A program made the translations under genes and the position numbers. A model generated the notes under the pieces. That model was given only the letters and a program-made list of their open reading frames with translations. It was not told the origin of the DNA and made no database searches. Positions 33,801 to 48,769 of a stretch of 64,000 nt of DNA are shown piece after piece. Source of the stretch: the human T2T-CHM13v2.0 reference genome, Homo sapiens; the NCBI RefSeq assembly GCF_009914755.1, contig NC_060948.1; one strand, written 5' to 3'. The number at the start of each line of letters is the position of its first letter. The stretch's first letter is position 1.

Positions 33801-33876
33801 TCCCAATATCTGTACCTAGCTATTACTGTGTGTCTGTCCACACATTTTGTCATCTAGCTGAGTCTCTACCCCAACA

Positions 33877-34220
33877 TCTAGCATACGGCATATCCCTTTC
33901 CCTCCTGTGGCGGGGCCCTGAGCGTGTGCTGATGCCTAGCTGATGGTGTACCCCTGCCCTGCCTTGGCGGGGCCCTGTGTCTGTGCTGACACCTAGCTGA
34001 CAGCATAACCCCTGCCCTGCCCTGGCAGGGCCCTGAGTGTGTACTGACACCTAGGTCATGGCATATCCCCTCCCCTCCTGTGGCGGGGCTGTGAGCATGT
34101 GCTGACACCTAGCTGACGGTGTACCCCCTGCCCTGCCCTGGGAGGGCCCTGAGCGTGTGCTGACACCTAGCTGACGGCGTACCCCCTGCCCTGCCCTGGC
34201 GGGGCCCTGAGCGTATGCTG
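33877..34220. repeat. GC-rich 58-bp minisatellite, 6 copies, abutting the exon 3 acceptor
   Basis: Units start at 33877, 33935, 33992, 34050, 34108 and 34166. Consensus cctagctgacggtgtaccccctgccctgccctggcggggccctgagcgtgtgctgaca. Confidence 0.95.
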
Positions 34221-34229
34221 TCCCTGCAG

Positions 34230-34493
34230 GTTCTGGACGTGGCATGAGGAGCGCTTCCTCTACATGCTCATGGAGTATGTGCCGGGTGGCGAGCTCTTCA
34301 GCTACCTGCGCAACCGGGGGCACTTCTCCAGCACCACGGGGCTCTTCTACTCTGCGGAGATCATCTGTGCCATTGAGTACCTGCACTCCAAGGAGATCGT
34401 CTACAGGGATTTGAAGCCGGAGAACATCCTGCTGGATAGGGATGGTCACATCAAGCTCACGGACTTTGGGTTTGCCAAGAAGCTGGTAGACAG
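34230..34493 (+). CDS. PRKY: PRKY exon 3 (264 bp): hinge, catalytic loop, DFG
   Basis: Acceptor tccctgcAG|G, donor AG|GTaaga. CT from exon 2 plus G gives Leu, then [34 protein letters not shown]...[30 protein letters not shown](R). Confidence 0.97.
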
Positions 34494-34689
34494 GTAAGAG
34501 GAACGTGAACTCCGATGGAATCTACACTGCTTGGCAATGAGAAAGGTGGTGGTAGTTGTGGCAGGTCAGGCAGGGAAAGATTGGGAACCAGAGTTTAACT
34601 CTCATGTGTGGGAGACACTTGCAATCAGGGATGAGAGAGCCAGGTTGACCCACAGCTCATTTTAGGTGGGCTGCGATTGCTGGCAACTT

Positions 34690-34850
34690 CAATGGAAGTG
34701 GAGGGTATTATCGTTAAGTGAAGTAACTCAGAAATGGAAAACCAAATAGGATGTGTTGTCACTTATAGGTGGGAGGTAAGCTATGGGTGTGCAGGGCATA
34801 CAGAGGAGTGTAACAGACACTGGAGACTCAGAAGTGGGGAGGGTGGGAGG
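34690..34850 (+). mobile_element. L1MA/L1PB 3' fragment
   Basis: attatcgttaagtgaagtaactcagaaatggaaaaccaaata...cacttataggtgggag...gacactggagactcagaag. Confidence 0.7.
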
Positions 34851-35396
34851 AGCCAGTTACAGAGGTAATTTCCTGATTACAGATTCAGGAGGCAATTGTA
34901 TCTGTGTGGTTTTTTTTTTTTTTTTTAAACAGACAGTCTGGGAACCCTCAGTGTTAAAATTATTCTTACATTTCCCCTGACAAAAATGACGACAACTATC
35001 TATACTCTCCTACTCCGAAGTTTCCATTAATTACTGTTTTACTGCCTCAAAATGATACCTTGAGGGATGAGGTGTGGAGTTTTGGTGAAGTGTTGAAATT
35101 GGCAGGAAAAACCTGTTACTGCCAAATTTGGTGACAGTGACTTCATTTTACTGTGTCAGAATAATGACATGAAGAGTGAATTTGAGTAAGGTATGTAAAC
35201 TACCATGAAAGACCGAAGACAGATGTAGTGAGAAATGAGATGTGACCAAAAGCAAGACAGGTTGGGCGTGATGATTCCAGCATTTTGGGAGGCCAAGGCA
35301 GGAGGATCGCTTGATCCCAGGAGTTCAAGACCAGCTTGGGTAACATAGCAAGACTCCCTCTCTACAAAAAATGAGCCAGATACAACTATAGTCCTA

Positions 35397-35543
<147 letters not shown>

Positions 35544-35765
35544 TCAAGATTTTGACACCATCCTCATTAATTAAAGAGGTTGATAAAAGCAAAAAAAAAA
35601 AAAAAAGAGAAATGTTATTTTTATTATATATAATTTTACATTATTTTTCCTGCTATATTATGAAATAAAAAGCTTTTTATACTTTTCTATGACAACCACG
35701 AGGGGAAAAAAATGGACTTTGTGTATATTGTAAGCTTACCAGTCAGAAATTGCCACATTGTAGCC

Positions 35766-35779
35766 GTGTGTTTGTGTGT

Positions 35780-35818
<39 letters not shown>
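35766..35818. repeat. (GT)n microsatellite
   Basis: Interrupted GT run ending in about 17 pure units. Confidence 0.9.
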
Positions 35819-35819
<1 letters not shown>

Positions 35820-36525
35820 CTATACCTTATTTTTGTTTTCTTGGAATCAGTTTTTTATTTTGAAACTGAGTCTCGTTGTGTTGCCTAGGCTGAAGTTCAG
35901 TGCAGTGAGCTCACTGCAACTTCCCCCTGGGGCGTTTAGGTGATTCTCCTGCCTCAGTCTCCTGAGTATCTGGGATTACAGGCGCCCGCAACCGCGCCGG
36001 GCTAATTTTTGTATTTTTAGTAGCGATGTGGTTTCTCCATGTTGGCCAAGCTGCTCTTGAAGTCCTGACCTCAGGTTATCTGCCCACCTTGGTCACCCAA
36101 AGTGCTAGGATTACAGGCGTGTAAACATGCTGCAGGCATCCTCAGTATTAGGTCTGTTTTGCAGTTACCCAACACAATTTTTCAGGGTACCTCCTCTTTA
36201 TATCTGAACAAGTTGTTTGTAATTCTGAACATTTACATCCTTCCAAAGACGCTGTGGTTGGAAAATTGATCTCAACTCTGAACTGTGCTATTATACTATA
36301 CTGCAGTGAAATACTATATACTTAGTTTCTTTTTTTTTTTTTTTTCCAAGACAGGGTCTCATCCTGTCACCCAAGCTGAAGTGCCGTTGCACAATCTTGT
36401 CTCACTACAGCCTCAAACTCCTCGGCTCAAGTGATCCTCCCTCCTCAGCCTCTGAAGTAGCTGGGACTACAGGCATGTGCCACCATACCAGGCTAATTTT
36501 TTTATTTTTAATTTTAGAGATGTGA

Positions 36526-36675
<150 letters not shown>

Positions 36676-36678
36676 TAA

Positions 36679-36831
<153 letters not shown>

Positions 36832-37362
36832 TGATAGGTGCGTGCCACCATGCCCGGCTAATTTTTATGTATTTTTAGTAGAGACGGGGTTTCACCATGT
36901 TGGTGAGGCTGTTCTCAAATTCCTGACCTCGTGATCTGCCCTCCTCGGCCTGGGATTACAGACATGAGCTGCTGCACCTGGCCAAGAATTATTTTATAAA
37001 ATCTAATCTTACATAGTTTATGAGGTAAAGGGCCTTTTGGCTTAATTCGCCTCAATGGTCCAGAATGCTATGCCAAACTGGGACAATTGTTTAATTGTAT
37101 AGTGTTCAGCATATGGGAGGTATTGTCCTTGCAAAGCCACTGTGGTGCCTTGTGTGTCTGTTTTGGTGCTGGGCTCTCTAGAGAGTGTATTGTCTATATA
37201 ATGAACATGCACTGTTTAATATGTAGGAGAAAAGAACTGTTAATATTTTAAATCCCACCCAGTTAAGCCAAGAACAATACTGTTTACACAAAGGGCTTCA
37301 CTTGGCCTTAAAGGTGTGTTTTGAGGGCAAGTCTAGATGTTTTTATTATTATTGTTTTTTAA

Positions 37363-37587
<225 letters not shown>

Positions 37588-38564
37588 TGAGGTGACCCGC
37601 TGGCTTTCCTTCCAAAGTGCTGTGATTACAGACTTGAGCCACCACTGTGCCTGGCCTATTTTGGCCTATTTTTTCTTTTTTCTTTTTTTTTTTTGCAGAA
37701 GGAGTCTCGCTGTCTTGCCCAGGCTGGAGTGCAGTCGCATGATCTCAGCTCACTGCAAGCTCTGCCTGCCAGGTTCACACCATTCTCCTGCCTCAGCCTC
37801 CTGAGTAGCTGGGACTACAGGTGCCCGCCACCATGCCTGGCTAATTTTTTGTATTTTTTTTTTTTTTTTTTTAAGTAGAAGTGAGGTTTCATCGTGTTAG
37901 CCAGGATGGTCTCAATCTCCTGACCTCGTGATCTGCCCACCTCAGCCTCCCAAAATGCTGACATTACAACCGTGAGCCATTGCCTATTTTTTAATTTTCT
38001 AAAAACTGGAAACAGGTTCTCACTATGCTGTTTCCCAGTCTGGTCTTGAACTTTTGGGCTCAAGGAATCCCCCCTGACTCCTCAGCTTCTGTAAGTGCTG
38101 AGATTACAGGCTTGAGTCACTGGGCCCAGCCTAGACTTTTAGTCCAAAGAAGATAATAGGGGGAGGGATATGTCTGTAGGTGAATGAGTGGATCTTTCCC
38201 TTCTCTATCCTGGCATTTTCTCTCCTTCATCTCATCGATTAAAATTCTGGTCTGTGTATGTGTTTTGTTTTTGAGTTATTTTGTGTTGGTTCATTTGTTT
38301 CTGTTTCTTTTTTGTCAGTACCCCTATTGAAACACAAATTCTCTTTTCTCTGTCCTGTGTGCCCACCATATTGCCTGGTAGGATGACGTGTTAGAGATGC
38401 CCACACAGACCTGGGGAGAGATTGGGCTGTGTTCTTTCTAACACCGCCACAGCACTGATAATAACATGCAGTCACAACCACTCCATTTACAAAGACAAAG
38501 AGGGGTGTTTTCTGCCTCCAGACAGTTTTAGTAATGTATGCTCCTAAAATTTTTCTTTATCTAG

Positions 38565-38825
38565 GGCAACACTGTCCAGTAGAAGTCCAACGCAAATCCC
38601 ATCTGTTATTTTAAATTTTCTAGTGTAGTCATGTGTTAAAATATAAAACAAACAGGTGGAGAAAATTTTCATAATGTAGTTTATTTCAGTAATTCAGTAC
38701 ATCCACAATATTTTCATTTCAACATACGATTCATACAAAAATTGAGATATTTTACATGAATTTTTCCTGCTCAGTTTTTGAAATCCCATGTTTATTTTAC
38801 ACACACAGTTCATTTATATCAGGGT
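38565..38825. mobile_element. MER33-like hAT-Charlie element
   Basis: actgtccagtagaa...ttttaaattttctagt...aaacaggtg...caatattttcatttcaacat...tgagatattttaca. Confidence 0.65.
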
Positions 38826-39029
38826 GCCGATTCTCATCAGAAATAATAATGGATCTGGTCGGGCATGGTGGCTCACACCTGTAATCCCAGCACTATGGGA
38901 TGCTGAGGTGGGAGGATCGCTTGAGCCTAAGGAGTTCAAAATCAGCCTGGACGACATAGTGAGACACCCCATCTAAAGAGAGAGAGAGAATGGGTCCTCC
39001 CTCCCCTCCCTTTCGAGAAAAGCCTGACA

Positions 39030-39245
39030 AATTTATTTGATCATAGTTTTACATGATGCATCATGTAAAACCAGAATGAACACCCAAAGATACCAAAATC
39101 AAAAAAAAAACCTGTCTATTTTTATGCTTAGGTTCTGTGAAGCAGGGACAGCCATGTAGAAATGTGATTGGAAAAAAGTGTATGAGCTGATGGGAATAGA
39201 CTGAGTGGGGAAATCCAGTCAGGCCTGACTGCTCAGAGTCTTCTT
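39030..39245. mobile_element. Old ERV LTR fragment (MER34/MER39-like)
   Basis: ctattttttatgcttaggttc...cagccatgtagaaatgtgattgg...aatagactgagtggggaaatccag resembles that LTR class. Subfamily uncertain. Confidence 0.4.
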
Positions 39246-39651
39246 TTTTAAAAAATTTATTTATAAAGAAAATAAGTGTGTTTCTTACAGTTTTGGAGGC
39301 TGAGAAGTCCAAGGTCAAAGGGCTGCAGCTGGTGAGGGTCTTGTTGCTATGCTGTAATGTGGCCGAAGCCAGGACATGGGCAGAAAGAGGAAAGGTGTCA
39401 GTTCAGGTCTCTCTTCCTCTTCTTATAAAGCCAGCAGTCCCATTCCCGTCATGAAAGTCCCACCTTTTTTTTTTTTTTTTTCTGATTTTATTTTAATTCA
39501 ATACCTTTTGGGGAACAATTTTTTTTTGTTTTCTTTGTTGCATGGAAAAGTTCTTTAGTGGTGATTTCTGAGATTTTGTTGTACTTGCCATCCAAACAGT
39601 ATACACTGTATCCAATGTGTAGTCCTTTTTTTTTTTTTTTTTTTTTTTTGA

Positions 39652-39933
<282 letters not shown>

Positions 39934-40339
39934 TAAATTCTTCTTTTGTTATTTTATTTGGAAGTCTAATTCAACAAACCAGAGATAAAATCTTGCATAT
40001 ATTCACTTGTTTATAAATTTGACAAACCGTGTTACTGTCCAGTTAATTCATGATGTCTATTTAAGATTAAATGGATGAAATGGTTTACTATATAACGTGC
40101 ACCAATTATTTTACTTAATGAACATGCGAAAATCTTAGAAAATGCTTCATTACCATCTTGATATATTGCTTTCTCTTTTTTTGTTTTTGTTTTTGAGACA
40201 GAGTCTTGCTCTGTCACCCAGGCTGGAGTACAGTAGTGCAATCTCAGCTCGCTGCAAGCTCTGCCTCCTGGATTCAAGCAATTCTTCCGCCCCAGACTCC
40301 CAAGTAGCTGGGATTACAGGTACCCACCACCATGCTTGA

Positions 40340-40465
<126 letters not shown>

Positions 40466-40769
40466 TGATAGGTTGCTTTTACAAAGAACTGCATCTTTCT
40501 CTGTATGGGTAGTGTAGCTTCTGTAACTTTTTTGTGTGTGGGCTTTTTCTCCTTTTTTTTTTTTTTTTGACCTTCTTTCTAACAAAACATTTCTCTTCTG
40601 GCCTGGCCCCAAGGAAGTTGTGTTCATGGGCAGATAGATGGCCCTGCCCCTGGTTCAGGATTCAAACAGTACATGTACTTTTTGAATAAAACTTAAAAGA
40701 AATTTACCAGTGTACTGTGGACCACTACAGAATAGATGGAAGTAAACAGGGAGGCTTCATCATGAATGA

Positions 40770-40889
<120 letters not shown>

Positions 40890-41495
40890 TGAGCAGCTGG
40901 GATTACAGACACGCGCCACCACAGCCAGCTAATTTTTGTGTTTTTAGTAGATTTGGGGTTTCACTATGTTGGTGAGGCTGATCTCAAACTCCTCACCTCA
41001 TGATCTGCCCCCTCAGCCTCCCAAAGTGGTGGGATTACAAGTGTGAGCCAATGCGCCTGGCCTTTATTTTTTATGTTTTATTATTATTATTATTATTATT
41101 TTATTTTTTTTTTTTTTTGAGACAGGGCCTTATTCTGTCACCAAGGCTGAAGTACAGTGGTGGGATCTCAGCTCACTGCACCCTCAGCGTCCTGGGCTTC
41201 AGCAGTCCTCCCTTCTCAGCCTCCCAAGTAGCTGAGATTATAGGCATGTACCACCACAGCTGGCTAATTTTTGTATTTTTAGTAAAGACCTGGTTTCATC
41301 ACGTTGCCCACGCTGGTCTTGAACTCCGGATCTCATGTAATCTGCCCACCTCGACCTTCCAAAGTGTTGGGATTACAGGTGTGAGCCAACGCACCAGGTC
41401 TTGAATAACATTTTTGAACGTTTCCCAGAAAGGTAACGTTTTCATTTTTCTCTTATAGCATGGGGTAAAAACACATTTAAGCATGTTGTGATTAA

Positions 41496-41699
<204 letters not shown>

Positions 41700-41820
41700 T
41701 AATTTTTTATGGAGATGGGGTTTCACTATGTTGCCAGGGCTGGTCTCTAACTCCTAAGCTGAAGCAGTCCTCCCGCCTTGGCCTCCCAAAGTTTTGCGAT
41801 GACAGGTGGGAGGCGCAGTG

Positions 41821-41980
41821 CCCCTCCCCTCCCCTCTCTTCCACCCCTCCCCTCCCTTCCACCCCTCCCCTCCCCTCCCTGCCCATCTCCTCTACTCCCC
41901 TTCCCCCTGTTCCTTTTTTTTTTTATTTCTTTTCTCTCTTCTCTTTTCCTCTACTCTCCCTCTTCCTCTCTTTTCTTTCT
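41821..41980. repeat. C/T-rich polypyrimidine tract (CCCCT)n
   Basis: cccctcccctcccctctcttccacccctcccctccc... Confidence 0.85.
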
Positions 41981-42304
41981 TTATCCTGTTAACTGAATGA
42001 CTCGTATAATACTTATTTTAAACCACTGCTCATGGTGACTTGGTATTTGGCTTTCCTAGGTTGTCAATATGTTGAGATGGTTTTCTTTTTCTTTTGTGGC
42101 TTGCTTTCGTCAGGCTCTTGTTTTCTAACAGCAGTATTTCTTATGTTTGTATTTTAAATATTTTGTACACACACTTTATTATATATTATCTGGATAGCTC
42201 CCCTAAAAGACTTGATGGCAAACTAGAATTATTTCTGGTTTTATGAAATGGTCAAAATAAAATACTGATGCATTTAATATGATTTTCTAAGTCAAATGCA
42301 TAAC

Positions 42305-42540
42305 ACAAGCATCCCTTATTTGAAATACTTGAGACCAGAATTGTTTTGGGTTTTGGGTTTTTTCAGATTTTGGAATATTTGAATTACCTTTACCTGTGAG
42401 CATCCCTAATTCGAAAATTTGAAATCCAGTGCTCCAGTGAGCATTTCCTTTGAGCTGTGAGCATCATGTCAGTGCTGGAAAAGTATTGACTTTTGGAGCA
42501 TTTCAGATTTCAGATTTGGATTAAAGATGCTCAACTTGTA
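42305..42540. mobile_element. Tigger4a (MER46A) DNA transposon
   Basis: atcccttatttgaaatacttgagaccagaa...gagcatttcctttgagc...ttttggagcatttcagatttcaga...gatgctcaacttgta. Confidence 0.85.
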
Positions 42541-43229
42541 TACACCTGTCTTTAAACTATAACAGATGATTTCTTTCTCTCCAACAGTTCTTTTTTGTTT
42601 GTTTGTTTTTGGTGTTTTTTATTTCTCTACAACAATTTTTTGTTTTTTTTGTGTGTGTTTTTGTGTTTCTTTTGAGACAGGGTTTCACTGTATTGACCAG
42701 GATAGTCTTGAACTCCTGGCCTCAAGTGATCCTCCCACCTTGGCTTCCCAAAGTGCCAGGATGGTATCCGTGAGCCACTGCATTGGGTGCAACAGCTCTT
42801 TCCTAGTTCTTCTGTTGTAGCATTTTAAGTCCAGATGTTACATTGATTACTGTCCTCTGGGTTTTTATTTCTAGCATCTAGGGGTAATATTGAACCTAAT
42901 CTTTCAAAATTTCTACTTAATCCTTTCAAACACACACAGGAATAGAGAGTAGTTCATATTGAAACCTTGTGGTCCCATCACCCAGTTTCGATTGTTATCA
43001 AAGCTTTGCCACTTTGTTGGTTTCTTTCTCTTTGCCCATTTGTTTGTTGAGTTATTTTAAAGCAGATGCACTCCATCCTATCTCTAATAGATATCTCCCT
43101 TTAAAAAAGAAATTCAATGCATTATCACATCTGACCAAACTAATTTTTTTAGGAAAAAAATCTAGCCTGGGCAACATAGCAAGACCTCATCTCTGCAAAA
43201 CATCAGAAACAAAAAAATTAGCCTTCCAT

Positions 43230-43381
43230 AGGTTAAATCCACCCTGCTGTATGTCTGTTAATAAAGTTTTATTGGAACACAGGCACATCTTGGGGGATAT
43301 TTCTAACAGAGACCATGTGATCTACAAAGCCTAAAGTATTTGCCATCTGGCTCCTTAGAGAGAATATTTGCCCACTCCTGA
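43230..43381. mobile_element. MER58A fragment
   Basis: aataaagttttattggaacacag...cagagaccatgtg...caaagcctaaagtatttgccatctggc...cccactcctg. Confidence 0.75.
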
Positions 43382-43412
43382 GCCAGGAACTTTAAATTGA
43401 CCAGGAACTTTT

Positions 43413-43765
43413 TGCAGTGGAGTATTATTTGACCATGAAAAGGAATATAGTTCTGACACATTCTACTCCACATTGGTAAACCTTCAAAACATGATGTGGG
43501 ATGAAATAAGCTAGACAAAAAAGGGGCCCTAGATTCTTCTAAGTCATAGGGACAGAAGGTAGATGGTGGGTGCCAGGGGCTGGGGAGGTGCAGGGAAGGG
43601 GGAGATACTGTTTAATGAGGAGGGAGTTTCTGTTTGGAATGATGAAGTTCCACCAATGGATGGTAGAGAGGGTTGCACAACAAGGTTGATAGGCTTCCCG
43701 CCACTGAACCATACACTTAAAAATGATTAAAATGGAAAATTTTATGATAGATGTATTTTACCAAA
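43413..43765 (+). mobile_element. L1MB 3' end
   Basis: tggagtattatt...aaaaggaat...catagggacagaaggtagatggtgggtgccaggggctgggga...tacacttaaaaatgattaaaatgg. Confidence 0.8.
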
Positions 43766-44320
43766 TAACTGTATACATAATTGTAATATTTAATTAGACA
43801 TAAATAATATATCCTGTATTAAATTTATATATTTAAATATATTTATCTCTTTAATATGTTAAATATTTAAATATATTCATATGTAAATTTAATATATAAA
43901 TATATTAATGTAATGTGTTAATTAAGATAACATAATGTATTAATATAATATATTCCGATTATATTTGAAACAAATACAATGTAATTTTTAAACATAATTA
44001 TATTTTAAAAATATATATTTAATATAATTATATAATAAACTGATACTTTATATTTAATTAAATGTTACATATGTAATTAAACTACTAAATACTTTTATAT
44101 GCTCATAAATTGTGATATAAATATATATTTAGAAAGTTATATGTAGCTATAATTATACAGTATCCATAGTTTTCTATATATAATTTTATAAATGTATATT
44201 TATAATTTTTTAAATTTAAATTTATATATTAGTATGTGTTACACATTTACTGTTTAGATTATATGTTCAAATTTAAATGTATACATTTATAAATACATAA
44301 TTATTTTATATATATTTCAT
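43765..44320. repeat. Very AT-rich low-complexity tract
   Basis: About 550 bp of tata/attt/aaat with few G or C. Confidence 0.85.
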
Positions 44321-45154
44321 AACATCAGAAAAGTCTTTCTACTTACTTTGGACGTTTTCCCTTAGCTTCTTACTTTTGAGTATTTAATGGAAGCCAAGGA
44401 GGGCCTGAGATGTCGAGTCTGTTTGCAGTCAGTGTTGTTACTTTCCCTTCAGCCCTGTTTAATTTTGCTATAATTCATACTAGGAGGTGGGTATTACTGT
44501 GCCGAGGTTGGTGACAGGCACCCTTCTCCCTGCTGGTCAGTGGTGTTTCGGAACCATAGTCGCCTAGGAAACCCCTCCCAGGGCCTGGGCTGGCCATCGG
44601 AAGCTGTCCCATGCTTGCGGACATGTACCTTCTCCCTTGACAGTCCTGAAATTCTCAACTGTTTGTTCCCATCAGACAGTTCTAGGAACTGTGATTGTGT
44701 CCCTGTAGAAAAACAACGATGAAAAACTTTCCTTTTTCTGAGAAACCCCCACACCCTGCTTCTTGATTGTAACCCAAGATCCTATAAGAAAAGGCGTGTA
44801 GTATTTTCATCATGAGTACTGAGCTAACATCTATTTCCTGCATTACCAAATGTAGAGAAAACACTCTCATACTTTTCTGATAAAAAGGAAAAAAATCCAT
44901 TCGTTTCTGTAATCAAGAGTAAAAGCTGTCATCAGCTGTCCATATTCTTCATGAGCCCCACTGTGCCCCTGTTAGCTGAGTGACATGCTTACCATGTCGT
45001 AAAGCCATGAGGAGAGACAGAAAGTGAGGCTGGTGACGCCACCTGCTAGGACGTAAGAGGGACTGGACTGAAACTGAACTGGGAGATGTCATCCATTTCT
45101 CTCTCTTTTTCTCTTTTTATTGTGGTAAAATACCCTTAAAATGTACCATAGTAA

Positions 45155-45307
<153 letters not shown>

Positions 45308-46857
45308 TAGAGGTGTGAGCCACTATGCCTGGCTAATTTTTAAATATTTTTGTACAGACAGGGTCTTGCTATGTTGCCTAGGCTGGTCTGGAACTCTGAG
45401 GCTCAAGTTATCCTACCTTGGCCTTCCAAAGCATTGAGATTATAGGCATGAGCCATTGTACCCAGCCCATTTGAACCATCTTAAGTTGCACAATCTCATG
45501 GCATTTATTGCATTTACCATGTTGTACAACCATCACCTCTGTCTAGTTCCAGAACATTTTCATGATCCCAAAAGAGAACTTGTATCTGTTAAGCAATTAT
45601 TCCCCATCCTAAGCCAGGATGATCTCATCTTAACTTGATTGCAGCTACGAAGATCCTGTTTGCACATAAGGTCCCACTCACAAATACTGGGGTTTAGGAC
45701 TTTGGGGAGTGCACAGTTCAGCCAGTGCAGGTGTGACGGAAGGCATGGGCATTAAGAACACAGGAGTCATTGGATATCTATACTTCATAGATAATCCTAT
45801 CCTTAGCTCTGTTTCTCCTTCGTTAACATGGCCTCCTCCTTCCCCTCCCGCCGGCCATAGTGAAACTAAGAACAGTGAGAAAACTGAGAACAGCAGGTGT
45901 CACCTTCCTTCTACCCAAAAGCCAGGTGAGCAAAAGGAGATAGGAGCAGGGAAGTGGATAATTCACTGCCCCGACCAGTGGTCTCCACATAGCACTCAGG
46001 CTGTCTCATCTCATATTCATTCACGCAGTCAGCATCTCTCCATAGCAGCGCATGTCTCTCTGTACTTTCAGCTAGGCATTGGGGCTTTTTGCAGGAAGGA
46101 TTGATTCTAACAGGGCAGGAGTCCTCCTGAGGCAAGTTAGAACCTGGATACTTATACAACCTTAGGTGTGTGTCCTTACCCTAACATGGAGCCAAAAAGA
46201 GCCTCATCTTTTTAAAGGTAAGTGGAAGTTGCAACTAAATGCCTATAGGGTGACTTGCGGCCACTTCTACTTTGGGTTCATATCAGCTAAGTTCTATGCT
46301 TTTAGCTACTTTCAGGCCATTTTGGATGGGCTAGCAAGGTGAAAATACAAAATTAGTAGGCCAATAAGTCAGTCGTCTTGCAGAGTAACAGAAATGTTAT
46401 GCATTGAATCAACTAGGGTGTACTTGGAGTTGATTCCGCTGGGAGGGGCAGGGGAGAGGATGTTTCTAAAATAATGTGCATTGTACTTTCCTTTTGTAGA
46501 CTTAAGTCTAATGAATGAGAAGCACTTAATAGGACCACAAGGGGATCCTTGTTCCATGCTTAGATCTAGCATGCAGATAAAGTAAGCCCCTTCCCACATT
46601 CCTCCATGGGAAGGTAACTTAATTTCTCTCCTTGTCTTGTTTCTTTCTTTCCTGACTTGTATCTCCCAGAGCCTGCAGTACTTTTTTTCTTTTCCTTTTT
46701 TTTCCCTTGAGACAGGGTCTTGCTCTCTTATCCAGGCTGTAGTGCAGTAGTACTATCATGCTCCCTGTAGCCTTGAACTCCTGGGCTCAAGTGATCCTCC
46801 CATCTCAACTAGCTGACACTACAAACACCTGTTAGCATGCCTGGCTTTTTTTTTTGA

Positions 46858-47301
<444 letters not shown>

Positions 47302-48035
47302 TGAAATTTGGATGGCAGCCAGTTTGTTGTTATCCCAAGGGCTTACAGATTAATGTGGAAAAGTCTCTTGTCGGAAAAGAGGTGGGTATGGAGATGTGGT
47401 GGAGAAGCGAAGGAAAGATAACAGTAACAACAATTTGGGTGGGTTCCTGCAAGCAGGAAGGTGAGGAGCTGAAGCCAAGATACGTGCCCACACCACCGCA
47501 AACAGGGCAGACTCAGGTAAGATGTGCTGGGAATAAAATAGGCTTTGCATATGCTTGAAACATTGTGCAAAGAACTCGAGAGTGGATAAACATGTACATT
47601 ACCAGGCTCTATGGAACTTGCTTTTTGTTCTCTTTACATTCAAAAAAATATGTAAGTATATATTTTTTAAAATGTAAAAAAAAAAATTACATATGTATAA
47701 ATATATTATAAAAAAGAAGGGCCTTTGCAAAGCATGTATATTTTTTTCCCCTCCAAGGGTGTTGCTTCTTTCTGCCTGTCTACAGACGGGCCCCACACAC
47801 CAGGCTAGGAAGCATGTGTCAGGAAGGGTGGATGTGGCCTGCAGGTGTGCTATGGGTCTGAATTGCTGAAAGCCCGAAGCGACATTCTACCCAGCAGTAG
47901 AGTGCCAATGGAGTATGGCCTAGACACAGCCCCCTCTTTGAGGTTACTGATACTCAGCTCCTTTCCAGCCCATGAGTCTTCCAGCTTCTGCTACAGTCAT
48001 TGTTACATTGCCCTGACTTTGTTTAGCAGTTGCTT

Positions 48036-48230
48036 CTGTAACCAAAACACAGGTTCAGCCCCTTGCCATTTGCAGAGTGCAATTAGCAAGAGCAAGGTCT
48101 AGTGTAAAGAAAGTGAGTTTTTATTCCAGAGCTTTCTTAGGGTAAGAAGTACTGGCTTCCTGCTTGAGGCCACCCCTTTGTTTTCGGAGCACAAAGCAGG
48201 CACTTTTAAAATGGCATGCAGGGGAGGAAG
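48036..48230. mobile_element. MER66-like ERV1 LTR fragment
   Basis: tgtaaccaaaacacaggttcagc...gcagagtgcaattagcaagagcaaggtct...aagaaagtgagttttattcc...aaagcaggcacttttaaaa resembles recalled MER66B/C. Confidence 0.6.
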
Positions 48231-48350
48231 TGTATTTCCGTCTTTACACTGGTTTCCGGGGGCAAGAAATGTTTTTTTTTTTGCAGAGGGTAGAGAGTGA
48301 AAGAACACATACATAAGCTCTGCTGACCATCCAGTCTCAATTACAAGTAA

Positions 48351-48539
<189 letters not shown>

Positions 48540-48769
48540 TAGTAGAGATGAGGTTTCGCTATATTGGCCAGGCTGGTGTTGAACGCCTGGTGATCCACCT
48601 GCCTTGGCCTGCCAAAGTGCTGGGACTACAGGCATGAGCTACTGAGCTGGCCTAACTGAGTTCTTGAATTATTCTTTTCAGTGACACTTTTTTGTTTGTT
48701 TGTTTGAAGGATAAAGGATTTTTTAAAATTTAATTTTATTTACTTATTCATATATTTACTTTAAGAACT

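Noticed and set aside
33877-34220. Regular repeat array resembling a CRISPR
   Set aside because: Contiguous tandem units with no unique spacers, in eukaryotic DNA with no cas genes.
34051-34449. 132-aa antisense ORF over exon 3 (also 12064..12411 over exon 2)
   Set aside because: Shadow ORFs caused by GC3-rich codon usage and the stop-poor minisatellite. No independent gene signals.
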